Shown piece by piece: positions 1 to 14,610 of a stretch of DNA of 64,000 nt. The notes below the pieces were generated by a model, which saw only the letters and a list, made by a program, of their open reading frames with translations, was not told the DNA's origin and made no database searches. The position numbers and the translations under genes were made by a program. How positions within the stretch are numbered: position 1 is the first letter of the stretch; each line of letters begins with the position of its first letter. The DNA comes from Tubulanus polymorphus. Lineage: Eukaryota; Animalia; Nemertea. Where the stretch lies: NCBI RefSeq assembly GCF_964204645.1, contig NC_134027.1, positions 27,676,560 through 27,740,559 on the forward strand, in the 5' to 3' direction.

Positions 1-136
1 AGCGGCAATCAAACCCTGGCAAGCGAGGATGTAATATACAATTCTAAACGCCGAAATAAGGCAGTCGACGCTGTATGTACACAGTATGTACACAGTATGT
101 ACATGTACATGTATGATTGTCTTCGTCTCCCGCATG

Positions 137-3100
137 TTATATGTACATTATAAACGTCATTTTATTCGTATCGATAAAAAACTCTTGGTTGGTTGGTGAA
201 GTTGGATTCGAACCCAGGACGTCAGCTGGCTGTTGAATGTTCTGTTTACTTTTGTTCGAAGGAGGAGACATATTAATAGCCTGCGAACTTTTAGAAGTTG
301 TAACTAAAACGGGGAACTCCGATGTAGAAGTATCAGTTGGACAAACCGATGGCACGTTAGATATGTCCTTAAGATTTAGATTTGAAGGTCGTGACGCCAC
401 CTGACGGGTGGCCGATCCTGACGCCACCTGGTGGACTGTTAATCCCGAGACCCCAGCCTCGGTTTGTGGAGTATTGTCTTTATTTACAAATTCCGGCCGC
501 AGATTGACGAGTGGCCACATACTATCACAGGCGTCTCCTACATCAGCCGGTACGACACGAGTAGGAGGGCTCCGGTCTGAATCCCCGGGAGGAGCCGGAG
601 AGTTCCTCCTTCGTCTATCCGGTTTAAATCGATTCATATTTGAACTGTTTTCACTATGTAAACTAAAAGGTTCCGATTTATAAGAGATGTAAGTAGTAAC
701 AGTGCTGTTGTAACCAACTTCCGGTTTATCGCTATCCTCGTAGTCACGTGGTGTCGTTATATCCAATCTGGATGTCATTTGTTTTTGTTCTAAACTAATC
801 GATTCATTGCCTAAAACTCCTCCAGCTCCTCCAACTCCTCCTGCTCCTCCAGCTCCACGACCTCCAGTCCCTCCACGATTCAAATTCGTATCGTAACCGT
901 TTTCAACGTTATTCATAAATTTAGTTTTAATTTTTCCGCTCAATTGTAGCTTTAGAACGTTCTGTAACTGTTGAACTTGTAATCTGTACATTTCCTTCTC
1001 GGTTCTGAGTTTCGATAACAGCGACACCAATCGGTCGATTTCAGCCTGAAAACATTTTAAAAAGATGATACCGCGGGTTACGAAACTTTTAATAAATTCT
1101 TCTCATTTTCTAGACCGCTTCTCGTTCAACCGGAGATTCAAAAGTTATGGAATTTTAACCTAATGACGTTAACGGGTATTAACGGGTTATTAACGGTTAT
1201 GGCTTCTGTTTTAAACTTCAAAAAGAAGGAATATCTGATTATAGAATGTGATTACGGTAGACATGGAATATTAATTCAATTATCAACATCAAAGACACAC
1301 AGCACCGATTCTCTGCTCCACCGTCTCACCACCGATCGATAACTAGTGGTCCCGCTCCGTCATTTGACTTATTGGATTAAAACTGGCAACGCGATTGATT
1401 TTATACACGAATTTACCATTGAATTGTTGAGCTGCGTGGAAAGTCTAGAGTACGGTGGGGATAAAGGGGATTGGGGATTCCAGTCTCCGCGGTTGGAACC
1501 GCCGCTCAAATGAGATTATGAGGAATACTGCGAATCGGCGCATCCCAGTCATAGACAAACACGTATTAGTGTGTCCCCATCCCCGTCCAACACTCCCCCT
1601 CCTGACACTACCCCACCCGTCCAACACTATCCCCTAACACCGTGAAAAGTATGTTAGTGTATGAAAATTCCGCTAACGATGAGTATAGTGGCAGCACCTG
1701 ACGGTGTAGTACCCGTTATATTACCACTGCTGAGACCTATGGAGAACACGACGTAATTACGAAATCAGAAGCGTTATAAAAAATGGTATATCCGTTGAAT
1801 TTGAATTAGAATGGGCAAATTTGTCTGAATAATGTCTTCTACAAAAATTGTGTTTGTTCTCCCGGTAAACTCCTCGGTGTAGATTAATGGAAGTTTGAAT
1901 AATTTATGAATTCAATCTCACAGTCCAAAATTATCCTCGCCTTCCTTTATCAAATATGAATTGAATGTCACGTGATGCGTAACTAGAAACATAGCATCGT
2001 TATAACATGAAATCTGTCATCATCATCATCATCATCATGCAGCCCTAAAGCCCTGGGCCCGGCCCCATAGTAGCCCTAAAGCCCTGGGCCCAGCCCCATA
2101 ACAGCCCTTAAGCTCTAGACCCAGCCCCATAGTAGCCCTAAAGCCCTGGGCCAAGTCCCATAACAGCCCTAAAGCCCTGGGCCCAGCCCCATAACAGCCC
2201 TAAAGCTCTAGACCCAGCCACATAGCAACCCTAAAGCCCTGGGCCCAGCCACATAGCAGCTCTAGATTTCTCGACACAGTCCACAGAGCAACTCTCTGGT
2301 CCCAGCCCTTCAGCCTTGCACCCCTACTGACCTGGACCTTAAGTGTCGCTCCGGTCCACTGCCCTGAGCCACCAGTCCCTAGATAGCCCTGTACCCCAGT
2401 TCCGCAGTTCTATAGTGACCCAGATCTGGAACTGGGTTCTCAGAATTCAGGATCCAGATAAGATGAGATTTTAATTACCTCAGTGTAACCAGTATCTTTA
2501 TTGAGATTATTATCAGTAGTTGTTGAATCTATCGATGACTCGGTATAGTTTAACGGACCGCACGGATGGCAATAGATATTTTTGATGTCACCGTATTTAT
2601 TGACGATCAGTGCGAGACGATGCGTGCGCCGCTCTCCGTAAACATCCGTCAATGTACCGTGTAACTCCCGATACGACGTAGACACTCGATAAAACTGAAA
2701 ATAAACAGATTTACCCGAAATAATTAACCTCAGAAAATAAAACACATTAACCGCAATTTCGTGGGTAATTACTTCCATCGAGCACCTGTCAAGCACCTGT
2801 CGGCCGCTACCAGATAACGCTGGCGGTATGAAGGTGCGGTTTATCACGGGGTCTTTGATTGTATTAATTATGTTATCCTACCTTTGAGCCGAACACGATT
2901 GCTATAGTTAAAGTGACGGTCAGTTGAATCCGTATCAGACACAAATAGTAAAACAGATTTTCACTTGCATACAACTTTAGCATGTAACTGTAAATATAAA
3001 AAGCAAATGATTAAACACCCAGTCCAAACACTGCGAGTCCAAACACTACGAGTCCGTGATGAAACACGAAATGTTTCCTTGAGCTAGCTGTAGTTTATTC

Positions 3101-3794
3101 AACGTTTCGACTATATCCTAATAGTTATCTTCAGGGATACTGAGTTGAATATATATATATACATAATCCAGAACATAGAGAGAATACTGTTCAGCAATCA
3201 TTTAATTATGTTCGGGACTTACATATATATACAGTCACGCCCCGATATACCACGGGCCCACATCGGTGCAGAACGATTTTGACGGTATAGAAAGTATGGC
3301 GGTATATCGGGAGTGTTTTACTATGTATTTTTTGTATTGAGTACATTGAGAAATCCTGGTGGCAGGTGGGGGTTGGTATGGGAGGGCGGTATATTCGGGG
3401 GCTGACTGTATATATCTGTTATAACACTGGGAATCCCTGAAAATGACTAAGGATAAAGTCGAAACGTTGAATGAATATTAAGATCATTGAAATTTCGGGC
3501 TCTTTTTACTCTGTGTGAATCTGGAATTGTATATAATAATAAAGTAGACCTAATTCACAGCCGTTTCTTGTCTCTCGGTATTTAAACGAATGTGAAATTG
3601 AATCCGTGCTGAAGGTGTTTACCGCAGATCACGTCGTCTCCAGTTCGAGTTTTCCCCCCGGCGAGTGTCTGTCGAGCTCTTGTTTTGTTAATGAAGCAGC
3701 CACCACTTGTATGAGATGATTCGTAATTTGTCGCCTGGTTTACTGGTCAGAAAGTGTCCGTTAGTAATTACTGTATATATATTGGATCAGTAGG

Positions 3795-3826
<32 letters not shown>

Positions 3827-6800
3827 GGGGGAGAGAGAGAGGGGAGAGAGAGGGAGAGAGAGGGGAGAGAGCCGATGGAAAATGAGAGTGGTTATTGACG
3901 GAAAGGGCTGTAGCTAAGATGCTCGTTCTCTATTGATGTTGTGTCATTATCAACCTACAGAAAAAAGGCTCAAGTACCAATAATCAGAGGACACGATCTC
4001 ACACCAGACGGTGACTATCAGAGAAGCTCTACCAGATCTCTATTAATCCGACTTATGACATATTTTTTGCTATCGTCAAGACACATGGGTTGTATGACGA
4101 CTAGTCTGATTATTAGATATTGGCCTTAAGTCGATGTTCGTTAGAGACAGATCCCGGCGTGTGGTTGATACAGAGTCGTGTCATAACACGTCTCCTACTT
4201 CATTACTGATAGAATCAGCATCAGCTGCAGCAGCAGCACCAGCAGTACCACCACCAGCACCAGTATCAGCACCACCGCCAGCAGCACCAGCAACCACAGC
4301 ACCACCGCCAGCAGCACCAGCAGCGGCACCAGCAGCCACAGCACCGCCACCAGCACCAGTACCAGCACCATCACTAGCACCACCACCAGCAGCACCAGCA
4401 GCCACAGCACCACCGCCAGCAGCACCAGTAGCGGCACCAGCAGCCACAGCACCAGCAGCCACAGCACCAGTAGCGGCACCAGTAGCGGCTCGAGCAATAC
4501 GTGTTCAATACTCATTTGAAAACTTCCACCTTACAATAAACACCATGGTTACAATAGAAACCATAGAATTACTGAGATCGACGACAAGTTGAAAGAAATT
4601 AGTTGCACCAGAACCGTAAACATACAGTGTCAGTTAGGGGGGAGCACCAGAACCGTAAACATACAGTGTCAGTTAGGGGAGCACCAGATCCGTAAACATA
4701 CAGTGTCAGTTAGGGGAGCACCAGAACCGTAAACATACAGTGTCAGTTAGGGGGGAGCACCAGATCCGTAAACATACAGTGTCAGTTAGGGGGGAGCACC
4801 AGAACCGTAAACATACAGTGTCAGTTAGGGGGGGGGGCACCAGAACCGTAAACATACAGTGTCAGTTAGGGGGGAGCACCAGAACCGTAAACATACAGTG
4901 TCAGTTAGGGGGGGAGCACCAGATCCGTAAACATACAGTGTCAGTTAGGGGGGAGCACCAGAACCGTAAACATACAGTGTCAGTTAGGGGGGAGCACCAG
5001 AACCGTAAACATACAGTGTCAGTTAGGGGGGGGGGCACCAGAACCGTAAACATACAGTGTCAGTTAGGGGGGAGCACCAGAACCGTAAACATACAGTGTC
5101 AGTTAGGGGGGGAGCACCAGATCCGTAAACATACAGTGTCAGTTAGGGGGGAGCACCAGAACCGTAAACATACAGTGTCAGTTAGGGGGGGGAGCACCAG
5201 AACCGTAAACATACAGTGTCAGTTAGGGGGAGCACCAGAACCGTAAACATACAGTGTCAGTTAGGGGGGGGGGCACCAGAACCGTAAACATACAGTGTCA
5301 GTTAGGGGGGAGCACCAGAACCGTAAACATACAGTGTCAGTTAGGGGGGAGCACCAGATCCGTAAACATACAGTGTCAGTTAGGGGGGAGCACCAGAACC
5401 GTAAACATACAGTGTCAGTTAGGGGGGAGCACCAGAACCGTAAACATACAGTGTCAGTTAGGGGGGAGCACCAGATCCGTAAACATACAGTGTCAGTTAG
5501 GGGGGGAGCACCAGAACCGTAAACATACAGTGTCAGTTAGGGGGGGGGGCACCAGAACCGTAAACATACAGTGTCAGTTAGGGGGAGCACCAGAACCGTA
5601 AACATACAGTGTCAGTTAGGGGGGAGCACCAGATCCGTAAACATACAGTGTCAGTTAGGGGGGAGCACCAGATCCGTAAACATACAGTGTCAGTTAAGGG
5701 GGGGAGCACCAGAACCGTAAACATACAGTGTCAGTTAGGGGGGAGCACCAGATCCGTAAACATACAGTGTCAGTTAGGGGGGAGCACCAGAACCGTAAAC
5801 ATACAGTGTCAGTTAGGGGGGGAGCACCAGAACCGTAAACATACAGTGTCAGTTAGGGGGGAGCACCAGAACCGTAAACATACAGTGTCAGTTAGGGGCG
5901 AGCACCAGAACCGTAAACATACAGTGTCAGTTAGGGGGGAGCACCAGAACCGTAAACATACAGTGTCAGTTAGGGGGGAGCACCAGAACCGTAAACATAC
6001 AGTGTCAGTTAGGGGGGGAGCACCAGAACCGTAAACATACAGTGTCAGTTAGGGGGGAGCACCAGAACCGTAAACATACAGTGTCAGTTAGGGGGGGAGC
6101 ACCAGAACCGTAAACATACAGTGTCAGTTAGGGGGGAGCACCAGAACCGTAAACATACAGTGTCAGTTAGGGGGGAGCACCAGAACCGTAAACATACAGT
6201 GTCAGTTAGGGGGGAGGCACCAGAACCGTAACTATACAGTGTCAGTTAGGGGGGAGCACCAGATCCGTAAACATACAGTGTCAGTTAGGGGGGAGCACCA
6301 GAACCGTAAACATACAGTGTCAGTTAGGGGGGGAGCACCAGAACCGTAAACATACAGTGTCAGTTAGGGGGGGAGCACCAGAACCGTAAACATACAGTGT
6401 CAGTTAGGGGGGAGCACCAGAACCGTAAACATACAGTGTCAGTTAAGGGGGGGAGCACCAGAACCGTAAACATACAGTGTCAGTTAGGGGGGGAGCACCA
6501 GAACCGTAAACATACAGTGTCAGTTAGGGGGGAGCACCAGAACCGTAAACATACAGTGTCAGTTAGAGGGGAGCACCAGAACCGTAAACATACAGTGTCA
6601 GTTAGGGGGGAGCACCAGAACCGTAAACATACAGTGTCAGTTAGGGGAGCACCAGAACCGTAAACATACAATGTCAGTTAGGGGGGAGCACCAGAACCGT
6701 AAACATACAGTGTCAGTTAGGGGGGGGCACCAGAACCGTAAACATACAGTGTCAGTTAGGGGGGGGGCACCAGAACCGTAAACATACAGTGTCAGTTAGG

Positions 6801-8848
6801 GGGGAGCACCAGAACCGTAAACATACAGTGTCAGTTAGGGGGGGGCACCAGAACCGTAAACATACAGTGTCAGTTAGGGGGGAGCACCAGAACCGTAACT
6901 ATACAGTGTCAGTTAGGGGGGAGCACCAGAACCGTAAACATACAGTGTCAGTTAGGGGGGGGGCACCAGAACCGTAAACATACAGTGTCAGTTAGGGGGG
7001 AGCACCAGAACCGTAAACATACAGTGTCAGTTAGGGGGGAGCACCAGAACCGTAAACATACAGTGTCAGTTAGGGGGGGGGGCACCAGAACCGTAAACAT
7101 ACAGTGTCAGTTAGGGGGGAGCACCAGATCCGTAAACATACAGTGTCAGTTAGGGGGGAGCACCAGAACCGTAAACATACAGTGTCAGTTAGGGGGAGCA
7201 CCAGAACCGTAAACATACAGTGTCAGTTAGGGGGGAGCACCAGAACCGTAAACATTACAGTGTCAGTTAGGGGGGAGCACAAGAACCGTAAACATACAGT
7301 GTCAGTTAGGGGGAGCACCAGAACCGTAAACATACAGTGTCAGTTAGGGGGGGAGCACCAGAACCGTAAACATTACAGTGTCAGTTAGGGGGGAGCACAA
7401 GAACCGTAAACATACAGTGTCAGTTAGGGGGGAGCACCAGAACCGTAAACATACAGTGTCAGTTAGGGGGGAGCACCAGAACCGTAAACATACAGTGTCA
7501 GTTAGGGGGGGAGCACCAGAACCGTAAACATACAGTGTCAGTTAGGGGGGAGCACCAGAACCGTAAACATACAGTGTCAGTTAGGGGGGAGCACCAGAAC
7601 CGTAAACATACAGTGTCAGTTAGGGGGAGCACCAGAACCGTAAACATACAGTGTCAGTTAGGGGGGAGCACCAGAACCGTAAACATACAGTGTCAGTTAG
7701 GGGGGAGCACCAGAACCGTAAACATACAGTGTCAGTTAGGGGGAGCACCAGAACCGTAAACATACAGTGTCAGTTAGGGGGGGAGCACCAGATCCGTAAA
7801 CATACAGTGTCAGTTAGGGGCGAGCACCAGAACCGTAAACATACAGTGTCAGTTAGGGGGGAGCACCAGAACCGTAAACATACAGTGTCAGTTAGGGGGA
7901 GCACCAGAACCGTAAACATACAGTGTCAGTTAGGGGGAGCACCACAAGGATGTACAGTTTATCCATTTTACAACCTGGACGGAACAGTTGTTTGTACAGT
8001 GGCTTATATTCAAAACCTGTCCAAGCTACCATTGGGTTCTTACAACTTTAGACCAGTCTAAGATCATTTTACTTCTATAACCAATCTAACTACTTAAGAC
8101 CAGGCTGAGCTCATCTAGCCTCTATAACCAGTTATAACCTGTTATTAAACATTAAGTGTGATGACGGTGCAACTGGGCTCAGAACGAGATCGTTAAACAT
8201 GATCTCATCAACTCGTTCAATGTAACGGCGAGTGTGAGGGTGGATGAGTAACTGGGTCGCGTGGTGGATGAAGAGGGTGGATGAGTAACTGGGTCGCGTG
8301 GTGGATGAAGAGGGTGGATGAGTAACTGGGTCGCGTGATGGATGAAGAGGGTGGATGAGTAACTGGGTCGGTGGATGAAGAGGGTGGATGAGTAACTGGG
8401 TCGGTGGATGAAGAGGGTGGATGAGTAACTGGGTCGCGCGGTGGATGAAGAGGGTGGATGAGTAACTGGGTCGCGTGGTGGATGAAGAGGGTGGATGAGT
8501 AACTGGGTCGGTGGATGAAGAGGGTGGATGAGTAACTGGGTCGCGCGGTGGATGAAGAGGGTGGATGAGTCGGTGGATGAACTCGGTTAAAGGTTCTCTC
8601 ATCATACGCGTGTCTGGTGAATGTTATATCAATTCTCCGCCAATCAACACCAGCAGAAAATCATCTTCAATATCTTCATAAAAAACACTTGTTCATATTC
8701 ACTGCGCGGTAGCTTGAACGAGTCACGTGGCTAAACACACGAGAACAGAAACGACAAATTACTGTTTTACTAAAAACACTTGGTGTTTTCCGATGTCGAG
8801 AGACTCTGGCTGTTCGTTTTTCTGCTGTTTAGTTGTCATGGGAGTATT

Positions 8849-8879
<31 letters not shown>

Positions 8880-11800
8880 GGGAGAGGTGAGAGAAGAGAA
8901 AAAAGAGAGGAGAGGGTTATTGACTAAGTCTTGTCTATTCCGCTCTAGACAAATTGTCTACACCTAATTTGCTCGACACTGATTCGTTCTATTCGTGTCA
9001 CCGGCGCGTGTTTTCTGTTGTTAATCTCTACAGGAAATGACAGTCACGAATTCCTTGTTTATCACCATCAGAAACAGAAATAAAAACCTCAACTTTATTT
9101 CTATCCACAATTAAAAAAAAAACAACAGAAGAATAATTTACAAATCGCTTGATAGAATCAAACCCCATATTCAAATATAAACAGATTGAATTCATAACCA
9201 AGTTATATAGATATAATCTAAATACATTATTTATATTTCGAACATATATTTAAAAGCATAAAAACAAAATATGAAAAAAAGGAGATGCATTTATCAAAAA
9301 TTAAAACCATACATTAGGACACACGCCGTATTGGTTGCATCATTTCATGTTGTTAGATTGGTTCTAATCTATAAAGGTTATTTAAGATAAAATTTGAAAT
9401 TTGAAATGTAAGCTTATCATCACTGGGTCTCGACTTGTCTTTATCTATGCTATATCCACGGACGCTGAACTTATCATCTCAACGAATGTCCCGGTACAAA
9501 AAGAGAGAGCGCGCTGTACAGAGAGAAAACCAGTAGATGTGAAATCAGATCAGTGAAGCATCAGTAATGGTTTTGATGAGAGTACGGATGAGTGGACTGT
9601 ACACAGGAACTGCCTCTCTTTTCATCGATAGAAAACAGACCGTTAAATAGTGTCTACCCAGTTCATTGTTGATCAACTACAAGTAAAAAGCTCGCCACAA
9701 TATTCCCAACAGTTCTTAGAACTCGACTGAAAAAATAATAATCGAGCGGAAAGGCATCTTCATACCAAATATTAAAAATAACACTAATGCCAGCCTCGAA
9801 CACCCAGGATATCCAGCATCACTAGACCACTGAGCTGGAGTTTGTCTGGTCAGTAGACTGCTGAACAGTTCTTGTTTCAGATCTTTTCAATAGGAAAAGG
9901 ATCTTCAGGGCAAAACTAGAAGTAACTCTACCTATAGGAAAAATTTGGTGCTCGCCTGACATTTGAGCTAACCCTAACCCTAGCTCGTAACCCTAACCCT
10001 AATAGGACTCGAACCTGTCACCTCGAGCATGCCAGTCGAGCATGCTAACCACTAGACCATAGACCAGTAGTGATCTACAGAGTTTGTAAGTTTGTCTGGT
10101 TAGTGTGGTGACTGGTGACCAGTCAGGTCAGTTGACTACCCGTACCGGCTTCTCTGATTTCAACATCAATCTCCTCAGGGTTATTTTCAGAGGCAGTTTT
10201 TAATTCGAACATTTTTTCCATCATTAAAGGCATTTTTCAAACATGAATATTTAAGAGGCTCGGGTGAATTTATAGCGACTTTATCAGATATTTTGTCTCT
10301 GATTTTAATGAATAAAATGCAAACTATGAAGATTCACGACGGAATTAATGAATGTTTGAACACGTGACTGTAAAACACTCTGAAACACAGTTTGTTTATT
10401 TTGAACACAGTATAAAAATTGCTTGCTTTCCTGATAGATTGTGAGACTATAAGCCAAGCTTATTGGTTGCTTACCTGATAGATTGTGAGACTATAAGCCA
10501 AGCTGATTGGTTGTAGAATATGAATCCGGTAATCTTACTGTCGTTGTATAGATTGGGTGATTGACGCGCGCGCACACATTGTATCATACCCCAAATCAGA
10601 AAACATAATTCACCTGAAACAAATATCATACGTATAGTACTGGGTCTGTAACATTTAGCACACTCCCTGAGAGTCCGCACACTCCCCGAGGGTTCACACA
10701 CTCCCCGAGGGCTCGCACACTCCCCAAGGGTTCGCACACTCCCTAAGCGTTCGCACACTCCCCGAGGGTTCACACACTCCCCGAGGGCTCGCACACTCCC
10801 CAAGGGTTCGCACACTCCCTAAGCGTTCGCACACTCCCTGAGGGCTCGCACACTCCCTGAGGGCTCGCACGCTCTCCAAGGGTTCGCACACTCCCTAAGG
10901 GTTCGCACACTCCCTGAGGGCTCGCACGCTCTCCAAGGGTTCGCACACTCCCTAAGGGTTCGCACACTCCCTGAGGGCTCGCACACTCCCTGAGGGCTCG
11001 CACGCTCTCCACTAAGTTCCGTGGACCTCCCTTTACACGTATTAATGATTACAATTTCTCTCAATTGCTTCAAGTGTCAAATCTCATCTGCATTTAATCG
11101 CTATTTCTCCATATCTGATTATCTCTTTGATTATAAATCAATAACCTAGCATCGGTAACGGAGGAGGCGGCTGCGGGAAGCGAGTATGTCATCAGTACCA
11201 TACTGGCTGTTGTATATACTGTACATACAGCGCAGGAGGGAGGGAGAGGGAGAGGGAGAGGGAGAGGGAGGGGGAGGAGGGGGAGGGGAGGGGGAGGGAG
11301 AGTATCACCTCATGCACCACACGTATATGTAATACGATTATATGATATTTTTTCACTGATGAATGATCGAATGAATAAAAGCTGCTGCTGCTGATGATGA
11401 TAATGATGATGATGATGAAGATGATGATGATGATGAAATAAATTTCGTGACCGTCGCTTCTTTCAGTAACGTGGATAAAAACATTCGATTCTGTACCGCA
11501 AATAACCGCTGTTGAGCTGTTGAGCTGGTGATCACCGGCTCACCAGTTATAGATGAATTTTATATGTGCAAAAAATCAGCGCGGAATGGAAAATAAATCA
11601 CCACACGTTTATCCCGGCTGAATTAATCCGTCACGGAAATTGAGAAGCAGGGGTCACATTTACAAAATTATCACAAAAAACTGACATCAGAAAAAACCGT
11701 TTTTTCATCATCGAATTTTTTCCATTGAACGGAATAGAAAGAGTGCGCGCGCAATATGAACTGCATTAGCGGCTGCTACTTAAATTAATGGTATACCTCT

Positions 11801-12169
11801 ACGGGGGGGGGGGAGGGCGCAGGGGGCGTTAGTGTCGCATCTCTATTCAGTTTAGCTGCACTAACATTTTCGAGTTTTTATTTTGTAAAGATAACGTTCG
11901 ACATAAATTGTCAACTCGTGCAGATCATAAATGCGAGTGATTAGTCTTGAACTGAGGGAGTTGTGTGAGATCTGTGGGAGGTCGGGGAGTGGAGGGAGTG
12001 AGGGAGGGGAAGGGGCGGGAGGGAGGGGGAGGGGGCGGGGTTTTGTTTCACCGAATGATCGCTATTATTACTGTATTTCACACATTCTAAAGACCGCACG
12101 ATTTTACGATTTTTACTTTGTGAATCGTGACCGATCGCGACATATACACCCGTTACAAACATGTTCTTC

Positions 12170-12210
<41 letters not shown>

Positions 12211-14543
12211 CTTTCCTCTCCCTCTCCTGACTCTCACTCTCCCAATCCCTCTCCCTCTCCCGCTCCTGGCTCCCCCTCTCCCACTCCCTCTCCCTCTTCC
12301 TCTCCCACTCCCTCTCCCTCTCTCTCTCCCTGTCCCTGGCCCTCTCCCTCTTTCCTCTCCCCCTCCCTCTCCCTCTCCCTCTCTCTCTCCCTCTCCCTCT
12401 CCCTCTCCTGGCTCTCCCTCTCCCTCTCCTGGCTCTCCCTCTCCTGGCTCTCCCTCTCCTGGCTCTCCCTCTCCTAGCTCTCCCTCTCCTGGCTCTCCCT
12501 CTCCCTCTCCCCTCTCTCTCTCTCCCTCTCCCTCTCCCTCTCCCTCTTTCCGCTCCCTCTCCTTCTCAAACTCTCGGAAACCAAATTACCATACTTTTTT
12601 CTACCGTACGTCAATAATGCGACACACGTTACCGGGGTAACAGGGGAACCGTCAGTAAAAACGTAATTACATTGGAGAATGGAGAGAAGGAGGGCGAGAG
12701 AAGGGGTGAGAGAAGGGGGAGAGGGGAGGCCTGAATTAAAGTGTGAACTGTCTATAAGCTGCAGTAAACTAACTTCAATTCTACAAATTCCACTCAAGAT
12801 TGCCAATCACCGGCCGCTGCTACTGCTGCTGCTACTGCTGCTGCTACTGCTGGTGCTCAGATCAGTGCGAGTGACGCCGCGATTATTAATTGCTCTAATT
12901 AAAGTTTCACTCACTAATTGCGTTCCATTTCTCGAGTCGCTGTGGTATGTGGCTACTCTCCACTCGCTGTGGTATGTGGCGACTCTCCACTCGCTGTGGT
13001 ATGTGGCTACTCTCCACTCGCTGTGGTATGTGGCGACTCTCCACTCGCTGTGGTATGTGGCGACTCTCCACTCGCTGTGGTATGTGGCGACTCTCCACTC
13101 GCTGTGGTATGTGGCGACTCTCCACTCGCTGTGGTATGTGGCGACTCTCCACTCGCTGTGGTATGTGAATTGATATTGATTTGAATCGAAGTGACCACTC
13201 TAAATCTACGTAACTCACTCGTACGATACTGGGTTCACGGGTTCGAATCCTCCCGGTAATTCATCGGAATATAAAACAGGCGTGGATCCAGGGGGCAGCA
13301 CCCACCCCCTTGAAGAACTTCCTTCCGTACGATTTTCAGTTTTTCATTGCTACACGTTGGTTAAAGTTACAACATCTAACGAACAATGAAAGCAGCTCGA
13401 GTCTTTAACTAATTTATGAGGGGCAATTAAATGAATTAGACAATCATTGCTTACCGATAGCTCCTGCGAACTGCCACCAGGTGTCGCTACACATTGACGT
13501 CATCATTCCTCGATTGTTTTTACGCTGTATGACTGGTACCGATTTAGTCACTGCCCACACGAGTAAATACACGAATACAACTGCTAGTAATACTGCTTGT
13601 ATTTTGTAAAGGGCGGAATTTTTCATACGGTAAACTCGAGCTTTCACGACCTGCATGATCACCGCAACTCTACAAATATAGAAAATACAAATCATGTAGA
13701 AAACGTTGCACCAGCTTAACAGTTCTGGGTCCAGCTTAACAGTTCTGGATCCAGCTTAACAGTTCTGGATCCAGCTTAACAGTTCTGGATCCAGCTGAAC
13801 AGTTCTGGATCCAGCTGAACAGTTCTGGATCCAGCCGATGAAGTGTAATAGGTGTCTCATTACACTTCCCTGATCCAGCTAATCAGTTCTGCATCCAGTT
13901 TCACAGTTGCGCTCCTCGCTCTCAGACGGTTGGTGGCTTCTATATTGTGTCTGTCCCCCAAGGGGGAGTAGGGCGGGGGACGATTGACCGATGGTTTTTT
14001 CTTGATCTTTCTTATAGCTTTTTGCAAAGATAAAAGCTTTTCGTTCACGGATATTTGGATCTTCAAAGAGAAGAAAAGCAATATTCTATACCGGCGGCGG
14101 CGGTGGCGGCGGTGGCGGCGGTGGCGGCGGTGGCGGCGGTGGCGGCGGTGGCGCTGTTACATGTATACGACATGTAGTATAACGACTGATCATAGTTTCA
14201 CATCCGCTAATATTAGTTACACCTGTAATAATAACAATCCGGTTTTTGTTGTCATAGTCCCAAACAGCTGCTGCTGCTGCTTCTGCTGCTGCTGCTGCGA
14301 CGTCTTCAAGAGAATATCGATTACTACTGATATCAATTCGAACAGCATTTAGAAATGGAAATTATCATTTACATCAATCCCGACAATAATCAAATATATC
14401 TACGTCTAGACTTTGTTATTAATAGATCCTTAACCGAGAAACCGAACAATTCCCTCAGGGGAAATTAATAATTTCTGACAAAACCCAAACAGCTTGGAGA
14501 GAGAGTAAGAGAAGGGAGGACGGAGAGAGGAGAGGGAGAGGAG

Positions 14544-14610
<67 letters not shown>

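Noticed and set aside
4605-7943. CRISPR-like array or repeat-protein ORFs
   Set aside because: No unique spacers, eukaryotic context, frames broken by G-run changes; simple tandem repeat
10004-10065. Functional tRNA gene
   Set aside because: A and B boxes present but no convincing acceptor stem; degenerate relatives nearby point to a SINE
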